32,000 nt of DNA from Pseudomonas aeruginosa (lineage in GTDB: Bacteria > Pseudomonadota > Gammaproteobacteria > Pseudomonadales > Pseudomonadaceae). The stretch is from positions 450,001 to 482,000 of the forward strand of contig NZ_LN831024.1 of NCBI RefSeq assembly GCF_001457615.1. The letters are read 5' to 3'. Numbering within the stretch: position 1 is the stretch's first letter; each line of letters opens with the position of its first letter. The translations under genes were made by a program, and so were the position numbers. Below the pieces are notes generated by a model. It made no database searches. It saw only the letters and a program-made list of their open reading frames with translations, and was not told where the DNA came from. This document shows positions 1 through 9,587 of the stretch, piece by piece.

Positions 1-1
1 C

Positions 2-2722
2 CTCAAGGGCGGTGCGCGGATGGCCGAGATCGGCGAGATCGGCGACCTCGCCCATGAGCTTGAATTCCTCTACGAAGGCCTCTGCGGTGGACGCCTGCGC
101 GCCAGCCCGGCCTTGTTCGGCCTGCTGCAGCGCTGCCACGACGAGCTGGCCGAGATGCTCGAGGCGGTGCGTGGCCACCGCACGCTGCCCGACGGGCAGG
201 CGCTGATCGCGGAGATCAGGCGCCTGCGCAGCGATCCCGACGAGCAACTGAGCGTACCCACCAGCGTCAGCCTCAAGCCGCTGGCGGCGAAGGGCGCGGC
301 GGCCGACGAGAGCGAGATCCTCGACATCTTCCTCGAGGAAGCCGACGACCTGCTGGAGAACCTCGAACTGGCGCTCGGCCGCTGGGACGGCGGCAACGGC
401 GACGCCCAGCCGCTGGACGACCTGCTGCGGATCCTGCACACCCTCAAGGGCGGTGCGCGCCTGGCCGGACAGACCGAGCTGGGCAACCTGGCCCACGACC
501 TCGAGCAGCATCTCACCGATGCGCAGCAACAGGGCGCGCCGTGGCCGGACAGCCTGCTGCTGGATGCGCAGTCGGGGCTGGAAGGCCTGCAGCGGCAGGT
601 CGACCTGTTGCGCGAGCGGCTGGCCGAGGACGACGAGGCCGGTGAGCGGCCCGAGCCCGCCCAGGCGCTGGTCCAGGCCGACGATACCGACCGCGCGGTG
701 GCCTCCGCGCTGGCCGAGCTGACCCGCCTGGCCCCGGCGGCCGGCGCGATCATGGCGGCCGAGGCGGCGCCTCCGGCCGCCCCGGCCACCACCCTGCCGT
801 TCGTGCGCAAGGCCCAGGAGGCGGCCCAGGAGGCCGCTTCCCGACGTGCCCCGCAGGAGCTGGTGAAGGTGCCGGCGGAACTGCTGGAGAACCTGGTCAA
901 CCTGGCGGGCGAGACCTCGATCTTCCGCGGCCGGGTCGAGCAGCAGGTGAGCGACGTCGGCTTCACCCTCGGCGAGATGGAGTCCACCATCGAGCGGGTG
1001 CGCGACCAGTTGCGCCGCCTCGACACCGAGACCCAGGCGCAGATCCTCTCGCGTCACCAGGCCGATGCCGAACGCGCCGGCTACGAAGAGTTCGACCCGC
1101 TGGAAATGGACCGCTATTCGCAGTTGCAGCAGCTCTCGCGCGCACTCTTCGAATCGGCCTCCGACCTTCTCGACCTGAAGGAAACCCTGGCGGCGAAGAA
1201 CCGCGACGCGGAGACCCTGCTGCTGCAACAGGCGCGGGTCAACACCGAACTCCAGGAAGGCCTGATGCGCACCCGCATGGTGCCGTTCGATCGGCTGGTA
1301 CCGCGTTTGCGGCGGATCGTCCGGCAGGTGGCCGGCGAGCTTGGCAAGCAGGTCGAATTCGTGGTCGGCAACGCCGACGGCGAGATGGATCGTACCGTCC
1401 TCGAACGCATCGTCGCGCCGCTGGAGCACATGCTGCGCAACGCCGTGGACCACGGCATCGAGTCCGGCGAGACGCGCCGCGCGGCGGGCAAGCCGGAGCA
1501 CGGTACGATCCGCCTGAACATCGGCCGCGAGGGCGGCGACATCCTCCTCACCCTCTCCGACGACGGCGCCGGCATCCGCCTCGATGCGGTACGGCGCAAG
1601 GCCATCGAGCGTGGCCTGATGAGCGCCGACAGCGACCTCAGCGATCATGAAGTGCTGCAGTTCGTGCTCGAGTCCGGTTTCTCCACCGCCGAAAAGGTCA
1701 CCCAGATCTCCGGGCGCGGCGTCGGCCTCGACGTGGCCAACTCCGAGGTCAAGCAGCTCGGCGGCTCGGTGAGCATCCAGACCGAGCCGGGCCAGGGCAC
1801 CCGCTTCAACGTGCGGCTGCCGTTCACCGTGTCGGTGAACCGGGCGCTGATGGTGCTATCCGGCGAGGATCTCTACGCGGTGCCGCTGAACACCATCGAG
1901 GGCATCGTGCGGGTTTCGCCCTACGAACTGGAGGCGCTCTACGACCAGCGCGGCGAGGCGGGGCTGGATACGCCCAGCTTCGAATACGCCGGGCAGTCCT
2001 ACGAACTGAAGTACCTCGGCGAGCTGCTGAACAACGGCCAGGAACCCAAGCTGGTCGGCCAGTCGCTGCCCTTGCCGGTGATCCTGGTGCGCTCCTCGGA
2101 GCATGCGGTGGCGGTGCAGGTCGACTCGCTGGCCGGTTCCCGCGAGATCGTGGTGAAGAGCCTCGGTCCGCAGTTCGCCGGGGTCGCCGGGATTTCCGGG
2201 GCGACCCTGCTCGGCGATGGCCGGGTGGTGGTGATCCTCGACCTGCTGGCGACCATCCGCTCCCGGCACGCGCTGCTCGGCCAGGAAAGCCGTCGCGAAC
2301 GCCTGGCGCTGCGCCAGGAAATGGCGGCGAGCGAAAGCGAGCAGCAGCGGCCGCCGCTGGTCATGGTGGTGGACGACTCGGTCACCGTGCGCAAGGTCAC
2401 CACCCGCCTGCTGGAGCGCAACGGCATGAACGTGTTGACCGCGAAGGACGGCGTGGACGCCATCGCCCAGCTCCAGGAGCACCGTCCGGACATCCTCCTG
2501 CTGGACATCGAGATGCCGCGCATGGACGGTTTCGAGGTCGCCACCCTGGTGCGCCACGACGAGCGCCTGGGCAACCTGCCGATCATCATGATCACCTCGC
2601 GGACCGGCGAGAAACACCGCGAGCGCGCGCTGGGCATCGGCGTCAACCAGTACCTCGGCAAGCCTTACCAGGAAACCGAGCTGCTCGAAGCCATCCAGTC
2701 CCTGGTCGGCCAGCATGAGTGA
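2..2722 (+). CDS. chpA: ChpA chemotaxis-type histidine kinase/response regulator, C-terminal part (CDS open at left window edge)
   Basis: Frame is open from base 2 (LKGGARM...). Contains an Hpt motif ([10 protein letters not shown]), CheA-like catalytic motifs ([21 protein letters not shown]), a CheW-like region and a C-terminal receiver (VDDSVTVRK...[12 protein letters not shown]). Followed by chpBCDE in order. Confidence 0.97.
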   Translation, partial: LKGGARMAEIGEIGDLAHELEFLYEGLCGGRLRASPALFGLLQRCHDELAEMLEAVRGHRTLPDGQALIAEIRRLRSDPDEQLSVPTSVSLKPLAAKGAAADESEILDIFLEEADDLLENLELALGRWDGGNGDAQPLDDLLRILHTLKGGARLAGQTELGNLAHDLEQHLTDAQQQGAPWPDSLLLDAQSGLEGLQRQVDLLRERLAEDDEAGERPEPAQALVQADDTDRAVASALAELTRLAPAAGAIMAAEAAPPAAPATTLPFVRKAQEAAQEAASRRAPQELVKVPAELLENLVNLAGETSIFRGRVEQQVSDVGFTLGEMESTIERVRDQLRRLDTETQAQILSRHQADAERAGYEEFDPLEMDRYSQLQQLSRALFESASDLLDLKETLAAKNRDAETLLLQQARVNTELQEGLMRTRMVPFDRLVPRLRRIVRQVAGELGKQVEFVVGNADGEMDRTVLERIVAPLEHMLRNAVDHGIESGETRRAAGKPEHGTIRLNIGREGGDILLTLSDDGAGIRLDAVRRKAIERGLMSADSDLSDHEVLQFVLESGFSTAEKVTQISGRGVGLDVANSEVKQLGGSVSIQTEPGQGTRFNVRLPFTVSVNRALMVLSGEDLYAVPLNTIEGIVRVSPYELEALYDQRGEAGLDTPSFEYAGQSYELKYLGELLNNGQEPKLVGQSLPLPVILVRSSEHAVAVQVDSLAGSREIVVKSLGPQFAGVAGISGATLLGDGRVVVILDLLATIRSRHALLGQESRRERLALRQEMAASESEQQRPPLVMVVDDSVTVRKVTTRLLERNGMNVLTAKDGVDAIAQLQEHRPDILLLDIEMPRMDGFEVATLVRHDERLGNLPIIMITSRTGEKHRERALGIGVNQYLGKPYQETELLEAIQSLVGQHE

Positions 2723-3746
2723 GCGCGTCACGCCACGGGTCGCGGTGATCGCCGACACCTCGTTGCAGCGCCATGTGTTGCAACAGGCGCTGCTCGGCCA
2801 TGGTTACGAGGTGGTGCTCAACGCCGACCCGGCCAGGGTCGACGACGCCGCGCTGGAGTGCGCGCCCGACCTGTGGCTGGTGGACCTGACCCAGCAGGAC
2901 GACTCGCCGCTGCTGGACAGCCTGCTGGAGCAGGACCGTGCGCCGGTGCTGTTCGGCGAGGGCCACGCGCCGGAGCGGCATACCGAACATTACCCGCGCT
3001 GGGAGCGGCGGCTGATCGGCAAGCTGAAGCGCTTGATCGGCGACCCCAGCGATGGCGTTGGCGACAGCCTCGGCGCATTGCTCGACGAGGAGCGTCCGCC
3101 GCGCCTGGAGATTCCCGGCGACCTCGCGGCGATGCCGCTGCAGGCCGGCGAAGCGGCCCGCGAGGTGTGGCTGCTGGCGGCCTCGCTCGGCGGCCCGGCG
3201 GCGGTGAAGGCATTTCTCGACGCCTTGCCCGGCGGCCTGCCGATCGGCTTCCTCTATGCCCAGCACATCGATGCCAGCTTCGAGCAGAACCTGCCGCAGG
3301 CAGTCGGCCGGCACAGCCAGTGGCATGTGAAGAACGTCCGCGACGGCGAAGCGCTGCGTTGCGGCGAGGTCATGGTGGTGCCGGTGCTGCACGAGCTCGG
3401 TTTCCACCACGACGGGCGACTGAAATGCAGCCAGCGTTCCTGGCCGGAACCCTACACCCCGTCCATCGACCAGATGATGCTCAACCTGGCCCAGCAGTTC
3501 GGCCCCGACTGCGGGGTGATCGTTTTCAGCGGCATGGGTAGCGACGGCAGCGCCGCTGCCGCCTACGTGCGGCGCCAGGGTGGCGAGGTATGGACCCAGC
3601 GCGCCGACAGTTGCGTCTGTTCGAGCATGCCGGACAGCTTGCGCGAAGCCGGTTACAGCAGTTTCAATGCCAGCCCCCGCGAACTGGCCGAGGCATTGGT
3701 CAAGCATCTGGCCGCACGCTGCGCGCCGACAGGAGTCGAAACATGA
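2715..3746 (+). CDS. chpB: ChpB, CheB-type methylesterase
   Basis: 343 aa ORF overlapping the end of chpA; CheB catalytic-domain motifs (LLAASLGGPAAVKAFL, VFSGMGSDGSAAAAYVRRQGG). Confidence 0.93.
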   Translation: MSERVTPRVAVIADTSLQRHVLQQALLGHGYEVVLNADPARVDDAALECAPDLWLVDLTQQDDSPLLDSLLEQDRAPVLFGEGHAPERHTEHYPRWERRLIGKLKRLIGDPSDGVGDSLGALLDEERPPRLEIPGDLAAMPLQAGEAAREVWLLAASLGGPAAVKAFLDALPGGLPIGFLYAQHIDASFEQNLPQAVGRHSQWHVKNVRDGEALRCGEVMVVPVLHELGFHHDGRLKCSQRSWPEPYTPSIDQMMLNLAQQFGPDCGVIVFSGMGSDGSAAAAYVRRQGGEVWTQRADSCVCSSMPDSLREAGYSSFNASPRELAEALVKHLAARCAPTGVET

Positions 3747-4249
3747 ACCAGGCCGTGATCGAGCAGGATGGCATGAGCCGGAACACCCCAGCCAACCCGA
3801 CCCCGGACAGCCTCACCGGGCTGCTCCTGCCGCTGAGCGACCGCACCCTGCTGTTGCCCAACGTCGCCGTGGCCGAACTGATCGCCTATCGCAACCCGCA
3901 GGTCGCCGCCGGCCTGCCGCAGTGGTACCTGGGCCAGGTGGCCTGGCGCGACCTGCGCCTGCCGCTGCTGTCCTTCGAGGCGGCCTCCAGCGGCGAACAG
4001 CAGCCGGTGCTCGGCAGCAGCGCGCGGGTGGTGGTCATCAACGCCCTCGGCGGACGACCCCATGTGAAGTTCCTCGCCCTGCTGGTGCAGGGCATTCCGC
4101 GCTCGGTGCGGCTGGACGCCAATCTCGCTAGCACCGCCGCGCCGCTGGCGGCGCTGGAACTGGCGGCGGTGGACATCGGCGGCGAAACCGCACGGATTCC
4201 GGACCTGGCCGGGCTCGAAGAGAAGCTCGCCGACGCCGGCCTGATCTGA
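3743..4249 (+). CDS. chpC: ChpC, CheW-like adaptor
   Basis: 168 aa from ATG 3743 (MNQAVIEQDGMSRN...), overlapping the chpB stop (ATGA). CheW-like core (LLLPLSDRTLLLPNVAVAELI). The longer 3590 ORF start lies deep inside chpB and is unlikely. Confidence 0.92.
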   Translation: MNQAVIEQDGMSRNTPANPTPDSLTGLLLPLSDRTLLLPNVAVAELIAYRNPQVAAGLPQWYLGQVAWRDLRLPLLSFEAASSGEQQPVLGSSARVVVINALGGRPHVKFLALLVQGIPRSVRLDANLASTAAPLAALELAAVDIGGETARIPDLAGLEEKLADAGLI

Positions 4250-4256
4250 GCCGTCC

Positions 4257-5051
4257 ATGGCCGGCCTGCAGCACGCGCGGATCGGCGCCTCCCTCGAGGT
4301 CGCCAGCGCCAGCCTGGCCGGGCACCGCTTCGAGAAGCACAGCCACGACGAGTTCGTCATCAGCGCCAACCTCTGCGGATTGGAAGATGTCTGGCTGGAT
4401 GGCCGTACCTTCCAGGCCGACAGCGGCGACCTGACCCTCTACAACCCGGGGCAGATCCAGGGCGGCGGCGTCCGCGACGGCCAGCCCTGGCGCTTCGCCA
4501 GCCTCTATCTGCCTGCCGCCGAACTGGCGAGCAGCCTGGATCTTTCCTCCGTCGAGTTCGACCGCCCGCTGCTGCGCAGTCCGGCGCTGGGCCGCGAGTT
4601 GGCCGCCAGCATCGAAGCCTTGCTGGCCAGCGACCGTTTCGCCCGCGAACGGGGCGAGGAGCGCCTGCTGGATTTCCTTGGCCGCCTGCTGGCGGCGAGC
4701 GGCACCCGCCTGCCGCAGAGGGCCGATCCTGGGCGCCCGGCTGTCGCCCGCCTGCAGGCGCTGCTCGCCGAGCGCCTGGCCGAACCGCCGGACCTGGATG
4801 AGATGGCGGAGCAGGTGGGCCTGTCGAAATACCACCTGCTGCGGGCGTTCAAGAAGGCCACCGGGCTCAGCCCGCGCCAGTGGAGCATGCAACTGCGCAC
4901 CCGCCGCGCCCTCGGCCTGTTGCGCCGTGGCCTGGCGGTGGGCGAGGTGGCCCACGCCCTGGGCTTCGCCGATCAGAGCCACCTGACCCGTTACTTCACC
5001 AGCGCCTACGGCATTTCGCCGGGCCGCTACCAGCGCGCCGTGCGCGGCTGA
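4257..5051 (+). CDS. chpD: ChpD, AraC-family transcriptional regulator
   Basis: 264 aa, N-terminal cupin-like region and C-terminal AraC HTH (MAEQVGLSKYHLLRAFKKATGLSPRQW...VAHALGFADQSHLTRYFTSAYGISPGRYQR). Confidence 0.93.
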   Translation: MAGLQHARIGASLEVASASLAGHRFEKHSHDEFVISANLCGLEDVWLDGRTFQADSGDLTLYNPGQIQGGGVRDGQPWRFASLYLPAAELASSLDLSSVEFDRPLLRSPALGRELAASIEALLASDRFARERGEERLLDFLGRLLAASGTRLPQRADPGRPAVARLQALLAERLAEPPDLDEMAEQVGLSKYHLLRAFKKATGLSPRQWSMQLRTRRALGLLRRGLAVGEVAHALGFADQSHLTRYFTSAYGISPGRYQRAVRG

Positions 5052-5126
5052 ACTGCGCAATCCGGTTCAAGTCGGCGGAGCCGCCGGCCGGGATAATCCG
5101 ACGTCCCACCACGGAGTCGTCGTTCC

Positions 5127-5738
5127 ATGCTCGCCATCTTCCTCGCCGCCTTGCTGTTCGGTTTCGCCTTCAATGTTTCCCCTGGCGCGGTGTTCAGCGA
5201 AACGCTGCGCCGCGGTTTGACCGGCGGCTTCCGCCCGGCGTTGCTGGTGCAACTGGGGTCGCTGATCGGCGATGCCGTCTGGGCCCTGCTCGGGCTTACC
5301 GGACTGGCGCTGCTGCTGGGCTACGAGCAGGTGCGGATTCCCCTGACCCTGGCCTGTGCCGCCTACCTGGCCTGGCTCGGCGTGCAAGGCTTGCGCGACG
5401 CCTGGAGTCCGCCGCTGGCGGCGGAGGATGCCGGCGAGCAGGGGCGCAACGCCTTCGGCGCCGGCGCGGCGATCTCCCTGTCCAATCCGAAGAACGTGGT
5501 CTACTGGGGTGCCCTCGGCAGCGCCCTGGCGGGGATCGTCGACGGCACGCCGAACCAGGCGCAGTCGCTGGTGTTCTTCGCCGGTTTCATGCTCTCGTCG
5601 CTGATCTGGTGCTTTTGCTGCGCGGCGCTGGTGGACTGGCTGCGGCGCAACACCTCGCTGTTCTGGCACCGCGTCAGCTACGCCGGTTGCGGCGTGCTCC
5701 TGCTCGGCCTGGCGGGACTGGCGCTGCGCGGGCTGTAG
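5127..5738 (+). CDS. chpE: ChpE, LysE/RhtB-family membrane transporter
   Basis: 203 aa hydrophobic protein with LysE-like N-terminus (FAFNVSPGAVFSETLRRGLTGGF) and internal SNPKNVVYW. Confidence 0.92.
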   Translation: MLAIFLAALLFGFAFNVSPGAVFSETLRRGLTGGFRPALLVQLGSLIGDAVWALLGLTGLALLLGYEQVRIPLTLACAAYLAWLGVQGLRDAWSPPLAAEDAGEQGRNAFGAGAAISLSNPKNVVYWGALGSALAGIVDGTPNQAQSLVFFAGFMLSSLIWCFCCAALVDWLRRNTSLFWHRVSYAGCGVLLLGLAGLALRGL

Positions 5739-5745
5739 ACGCGCC

Positions 5746-7161
5746 TCAGGCCGGCGCCAGGCGCCGCCGCAGCAGGCGTTGGCGCAGGCTTTCGAACCTG
5801 CCGAGGTCGACATGCCGGGCATGGTCGCCGACGACGATCCGGCCGTCGGGCAGCTCCGCCCAGTGCTGTAGTCCGCCCTCCAGGTCCAGTTCGCCGTAGC
5901 GGATGCGCAGCGCCCGGCCGGATTCGAGGTGCCAGAGCTGGGCGAGGTCCCGCGAGCGATGCGGTTCCAGCCACGGCGCCAGGAGCAGCCAGCCTCCGTC
6001 CAGGGCCTGGAGCTTCAGGTAGGGGCCTTCGGCCAGGCCGTCCAGCGAGTGGCTGCGGATCTCGCCGCTGTCGAGCCGGCCTTCGCAGAGCGTTTCACGC
6101 TCCAGCCAGACGATGGTCCCGGGCGCCGCCGAGGTCGGTTGCGCCGGATCGGCGGGCAGATCCTTGCCGACGGGGAACGGCAGGGGCTGGATGCGTGCCT
6201 CGCGCCATTCGAAGAACTGCCCGCGGGAGAGCAGGCAGACGCGCTGGTCCGGAGTGGTGAAGACCGCCGGCGGATTCTCGATGGAGCGCCGCGCTTGCGG
6301 CACGTCGAAGAGCAACCGCGGTTCGTCGTTGCCCTGGGCGAAGCCCGGATAGAGGAAGAACAGGCCGCGGTCGGCCAGGAGCAGGTCGTTCCCGGCCAGG
6401 CCGATGGCAAGTTCCGGGGTGCGGCGTTGGCGCAACGACTGCGCCGGCGGCAGCGGCAAGGGCGGTAGTTCGGGCGTCAACGAGGCGAGGTCGCGGGAGC
6501 GATGCAGCCAGGCGTAGGGGCTTCCCGAACGGGTCATCCTGACCCAGGCGTGCAGGCCGTCCGCCGAACTGGTCCGGCAGAGCAACGCGCCCTGGGTTTC
6601 CTCCGCGCCATCGGGCAGGCGTTGCAGCCTGGGCCATTGGCGCAGGTCCAGCAGGTCGCGGCTGTCCTCGCCCGGCAGGCGGGCGATGGCCAGGCCGGGC
6701 GCCAGGTGCTCGGCGTGTTCGAGGCAGATGTAGGCCGAAGCCGGCGCCAGGCCGGCCGGCGCGGCGGCGGGGAGGGCCGCCCGGGCGCCCTCGGGGGCGT
6801 TTTCCTGGCGCAGCGTGCGGGCGTTGTGGCCCTGCGCTGCGAGTGCATCGAGGAGGCGCTGGCTGTGGGGGGCGCCGACCACGTACAGGTTCAGGCTGTC
6901 GTCTTCGTCCAGGCGTTCCACCAACGCCAGTCCGAGGGATTCCAGCTCCTGGCCGAGGGCTGGCAGGAAATCCTCGGGAAGGTCGTCGCGCAGGCGCTCC
7001 AGCAGCGTCTCCAGTGCGGCGGAGGCCAACTGCGGGAAGCGTCCGGCATAGTCTCGGCGGAGTACGCCGAGCACGTCGGGCAGGCGGATCTTCCAATCGA
7101 AGGTAACGGGCGTGTCCATGCGTGCGATCCGTTGCGAAGTGGGTTGCGCAACGGTATTCAC
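5746..7161 (-). CDS. Conserved hypothetical protein (~457-471 aa)
   Basis: Long ORF with GTG start at 7161 or ATG at 7119. Convergent with chpE, 7-bp gap. No family motif I can name with confidence. Confidence 0.85.
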   Translation of the reverse strand: MNTVAQPTSQRIARMDTPVTFDWKIRLPDVLGVLRRDYAGRFPQLASAALETLLERLRDDLPEDFLPALGQELESLGLALVERLDEDDSLNLYVVGAPHSQRLLDALAAQGHNARTLRQENAPEGARAALPAAAPAGLAPASAYICLEHAEHLAPGLAIARLPGEDSRDLLDLRQWPRLQRLPDGAEETQGALLCRTSSADGLHAWVRMTRSGSPYAWLHRSRDLASLTPELPPLPLPPAQSLRQRRTPELAIGLAGNDLLLADRGLFFLYPGFAQGNDEPRLLFDVPQARRSIENPPAVFTTPDQRVCLLSRGQFFEWREARIQPLPFPVGKDLPADPAQPTSAAPGTIVWLERETLCEGRLDSGEIRSHSLDGLAEGPYLKLQALDGGWLLLAPWLEPHRSRDLAQLWHLESGRALRIRYGELDLEGGLQHWAELPDGRIVVGDHARHVDLGRFESLRQRLLRRRLAPA

Positions 7162-7195
7162 TGGCTGTCGCCGTTGTAAAGCGGCGGGAGGGATA

Positions 7196-7918
7196 TCAGG
7201 CGAAGTCGCCCCAGAGTTGCTGGGCCACCGCCAACGCTACCACCGGCGCGGTCTCGGTGCGCAGCACTCGCGGGCCGAGGCGCGCGGAGTGGAAACCGGC
7301 CGCCTGAGCCTGCTCCACCTCGGCATCGCTCAGGCCGCCTTCGGGACCCACCAGGAAGGCCAGGCGCGACGGCGGCGCATGGCTGGCCAGGGGGGCGGCC
7401 ACAGGGTGCAGGACCAGCCTGAGGTCATCGTCCCGCCCGCGCAGCCAGTCCTCCAGGGCCAGAGGCGGATGGATCAGCGGCAGGCTCGAACGGCCGCACT
7501 GCTCGCAGGCGCTGATCGCCACCTGGCGCCAGTGCTGCAGGCGCTTGTCGGCGCGCTCGTCCTTCAGGCGCACTTCGCAACGCTCGCTGACGATCGGGGT
7601 GATTTCCGCCACCCCCAGCTCGGTGGCCTTCTGGATCGCCCAGTCCATCCGCTCGCCGCGCGACAGGCCTTGCCCCAGGTGGATACGCAGGGGCGAGTCG
7701 GGCTGGCCGGCGAACTGCTCGCGGAGTTCGACGCGGACATTCTTCTTGCCGACCTCGACCAGCTCGCCGAGGTATTCCCGGCCGCTGCCGTCGAACAGTT
7801 GCACGGCGTCGCCCGTGGCGTGCCGCAGCACGCGGCCGATGTAGTGGGCCTGGGCCTCGGGCAGGTCGTGCTGGCCGAGGGAGAGAGGCTGGTCGACGAA
7901 GAAGCGGGACAGGCGCAT
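7196..7918 (-). CDS. rsmE: 16S rRNA m3U1498 methyltransferase RsmE
   Basis: 240 aa from MRLSRFFVDQPLSLGQHDLPEAQAHYIGRVLR; C-terminal SPOUT motif LVGPEGGLSDAEVEQA...LGPRVLRTETAPVVAL. The track's 548 aa ORF runs in-frame upstream across bioA, but the real start is ATG at 7918. Confidence 0.95.
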   Translation of the reverse strand: MRLSRFFVDQPLSLGQHDLPEAQAHYIGRVLRHATGDAVQLFDGSGREYLGELVEVGKKNVRVELREQFAGQPDSPLRIHLGQGLSRGERMDWAIQKATELGVAEITPIVSERCEVRLKDERADKRLQHWRQVAISACEQCGRSSLPLIHPPLALEDWLRGRDDDLRLVLHPVAAPLASHAPPSRLAFLVGPEGGLSDAEVEQAQAAGFHSARLGPRVLRTETAPVVALAVAQQLWGDFA

Positions 7919-8010
7919 GGCGATTCGAGGGTAGTGGCGACAGGCGCGCAGTTTACTGCCTGCCGCGGGGCGCTGGAACCGGCCCCCTCGGAACGAAGGG
8001 GCGGCGACGG

Positions 8011-9414
8011 TCAGCCCGGATCGCGGTGGTCCGGGTGGAAGTCGCTGACCGCCACGCTGACCGCGTCGCGGGTGGCGATGTCGATGCCTTCGCTGGCCAC
8101 CTCGGCGAGGAAGTCGATCTGCTCCGGGGTAATCACGTAGGGCGGCAGGAAATACACCACGCTGCCCAGCGGGCGCAGCAGCGCGCCGCGCTCCAGGCCA
8201 TGCTGGAAGACCTTCAGGCCGCGGCGCTCCTGCCAGGGGTAGGGCGTCCTGGATGCCTTGTCCTGGACCATTTCGATGGCCAGGACCATCCCGGTCTGGC
8301 GCACCTCGGCGACATGCGGGTGGTCGGCCAGGTGCGCGGTGGCCCTGGCCATGTGGGTGGACAGCGCGCGGTTGGCCTCGATCACCTTGTCTTCCTCGAA
8401 GATGTCCAGGGTCGCCAGGGCGGCGGCGCAGGCCAGCGGGTTGCCGGTATAGGTGTGCGAGTGGAGGAAGGCGCGCAGGGTCTGGTAGTCGTCGTAGAAG
8501 CCCCGGTAGACGGTCTCGCTGGTCAGCACCGCGGACATCGGCAGGTAGCCACCGGTGAGGGCCTTGGACAGGCAGAGGAAATCCGGGGCGATGCCGGCCT
8601 GCTCGCAGGCGAACATCGTCCCGGTGCGGCCGAAGCCCACCGCGATCTCGTCGTGGATCAGGTGCACGCCATAGCGGTCGCAGGCTTCGCGCAGCAGCTT
8701 GAGGTAGACCGGGTGGTACATGCGCATGCCGCCGGCGCCCTGGATCAGCGGTTCGACGATGACCGCGGCGATCTCGTCGTGCCCTTCGGCCAGGGTGCGC
8801 TCCATGTGGGCGAACATGTTCCGCGAATGTTCTTCCCAGCACATGCCGTCCGGACGCAGGAAGCAGTCCGGGCTGGGCACCTTGATGGTGTCGAGCAGCA
8901 GCGACTTGTAGGTTTCGGTGAACAGCGCCACGTCGCCCACCGACATCGCCGCGATGGTTTCGCCGTGGTAGCTGTTGGTCAGGGTGACGAAGCGCTTCTT
9001 GCGCGGCCTGCCGCTATTGAGCCAGAAGTGGTAGCTCATCTTCAGCGCGACCTCGATGCCCGCCGAGCCGCTGTCGGCGTAGAACACTCGGTCGAGCCCC
9101 GGCGGGGTGATCTTCACCAGTCGCTCCGACAGCTCGATCACCGGCTGGTGGCTGAATCCGGCGAGGATCACGTGCTCCAACTGGTCGACCTGGTCCTTGA
9201 TGCGCTGGTTGATGCGCGGGTTGGCGTGACCGAACACATTGACCCACCAGGAACTGACCGCGTCGATGTAGCGCTTGCCTTCGAAATCCTCCAGCCAGAC
9301 GCCTTCGCCGCGGCGGATCGGGATCACCGGCAGGCGTTCGTGGTCTTTCATCTGGGTACAGGGATGCCAGAGTACGTTCAGGTCGCGCTGCATCCAGTCG
9401 GCGTTAAGGCCCAT
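8011..9414 (-). CDS. bioA: Adenosylmethionine-8-amino-7-oxononanoate aminotransferase
   Basis: 467 aa from MGLNADWMQRDLNVLWHPCTQMKDHE; class III aminotransferase motifs (DEIAVGFGRTG, LSKALTGGYLPMSAVLT, LHSHTYTGNPLACAAALA). Confidence 0.96.
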   Translation of the reverse strand: MGLNADWMQRDLNVLWHPCTQMKDHERLPVIPIRRGEGVWLEDFEGKRYIDAVSSWWVNVFGHANPRINQRIKDQVDQLEHVILAGFSHQPVIELSERLVKITPPGLDRVFYADSGSAGIEVALKMSYHFWLNSGRPRKKRFVTLTNSYHGETIAAMSVGDVALFTETYKSLLLDTIKVPSPDCFLRPDGMCWEEHSRNMFAHMERTLAEGHDEIAAVIVEPLIQGAGGMRMYHPVYLKLLREACDRYGVHLIHDEIAVGFGRTGTMFACEQAGIAPDFLCLSKALTGGYLPMSAVLTSETVYRGFYDDYQTLRAFLHSHTYTGNPLACAAALATLDIFEEDKVIEANRALSTHMARATAHLADHPHVAEVRQTGMVLAIEMVQDKASRTPYPWQERRGLKVFQHGLERGALLRPLGSVVYFLPPYVITPEQIDFLAEVASEGIDIATRDAVSVAVSDFHPDHRDPG

Positions 9415-9587
9415 GGGCTGTCTCCTCGGATCGATCGGCAAAGCCTATGCAATGGGGGTGAGATGAACAACCCGGCGGGTTGGGACACATCCGACAGCAG
9501 CCGCCGACGGACTCCTATGGTGGCCCAAACGGCTCTGGCGTATGCTGCGCGCCGTTGCGTCTTTGCTTTTTTCCTGGGGAGTCCGGT

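Noticed and set aside
5739-5745. Possible terminator between convergent chpE and the hypothetical gene
   Set aside because: Only 7 bp separate the stops, and the nearby GC-rich inverted segments (GGCGCC) lie in coding sequence without T-tracts.
7919-8842. In-frame N-terminal extension of RsmE (548 aa track ORF)
   Set aside because: It runs through bioA coding sequence on the same strand in another frame. RsmE homology begins at MRLSRFFVDQ (7918).
9423-9587. Extended 532 aa version of the amine oxidase (track start 9480)
   Set aside because: The extension lacks features, and MSLRWLRAAAFLMLGVFSAVALG at 9588 looks like the true signal/anchor start.
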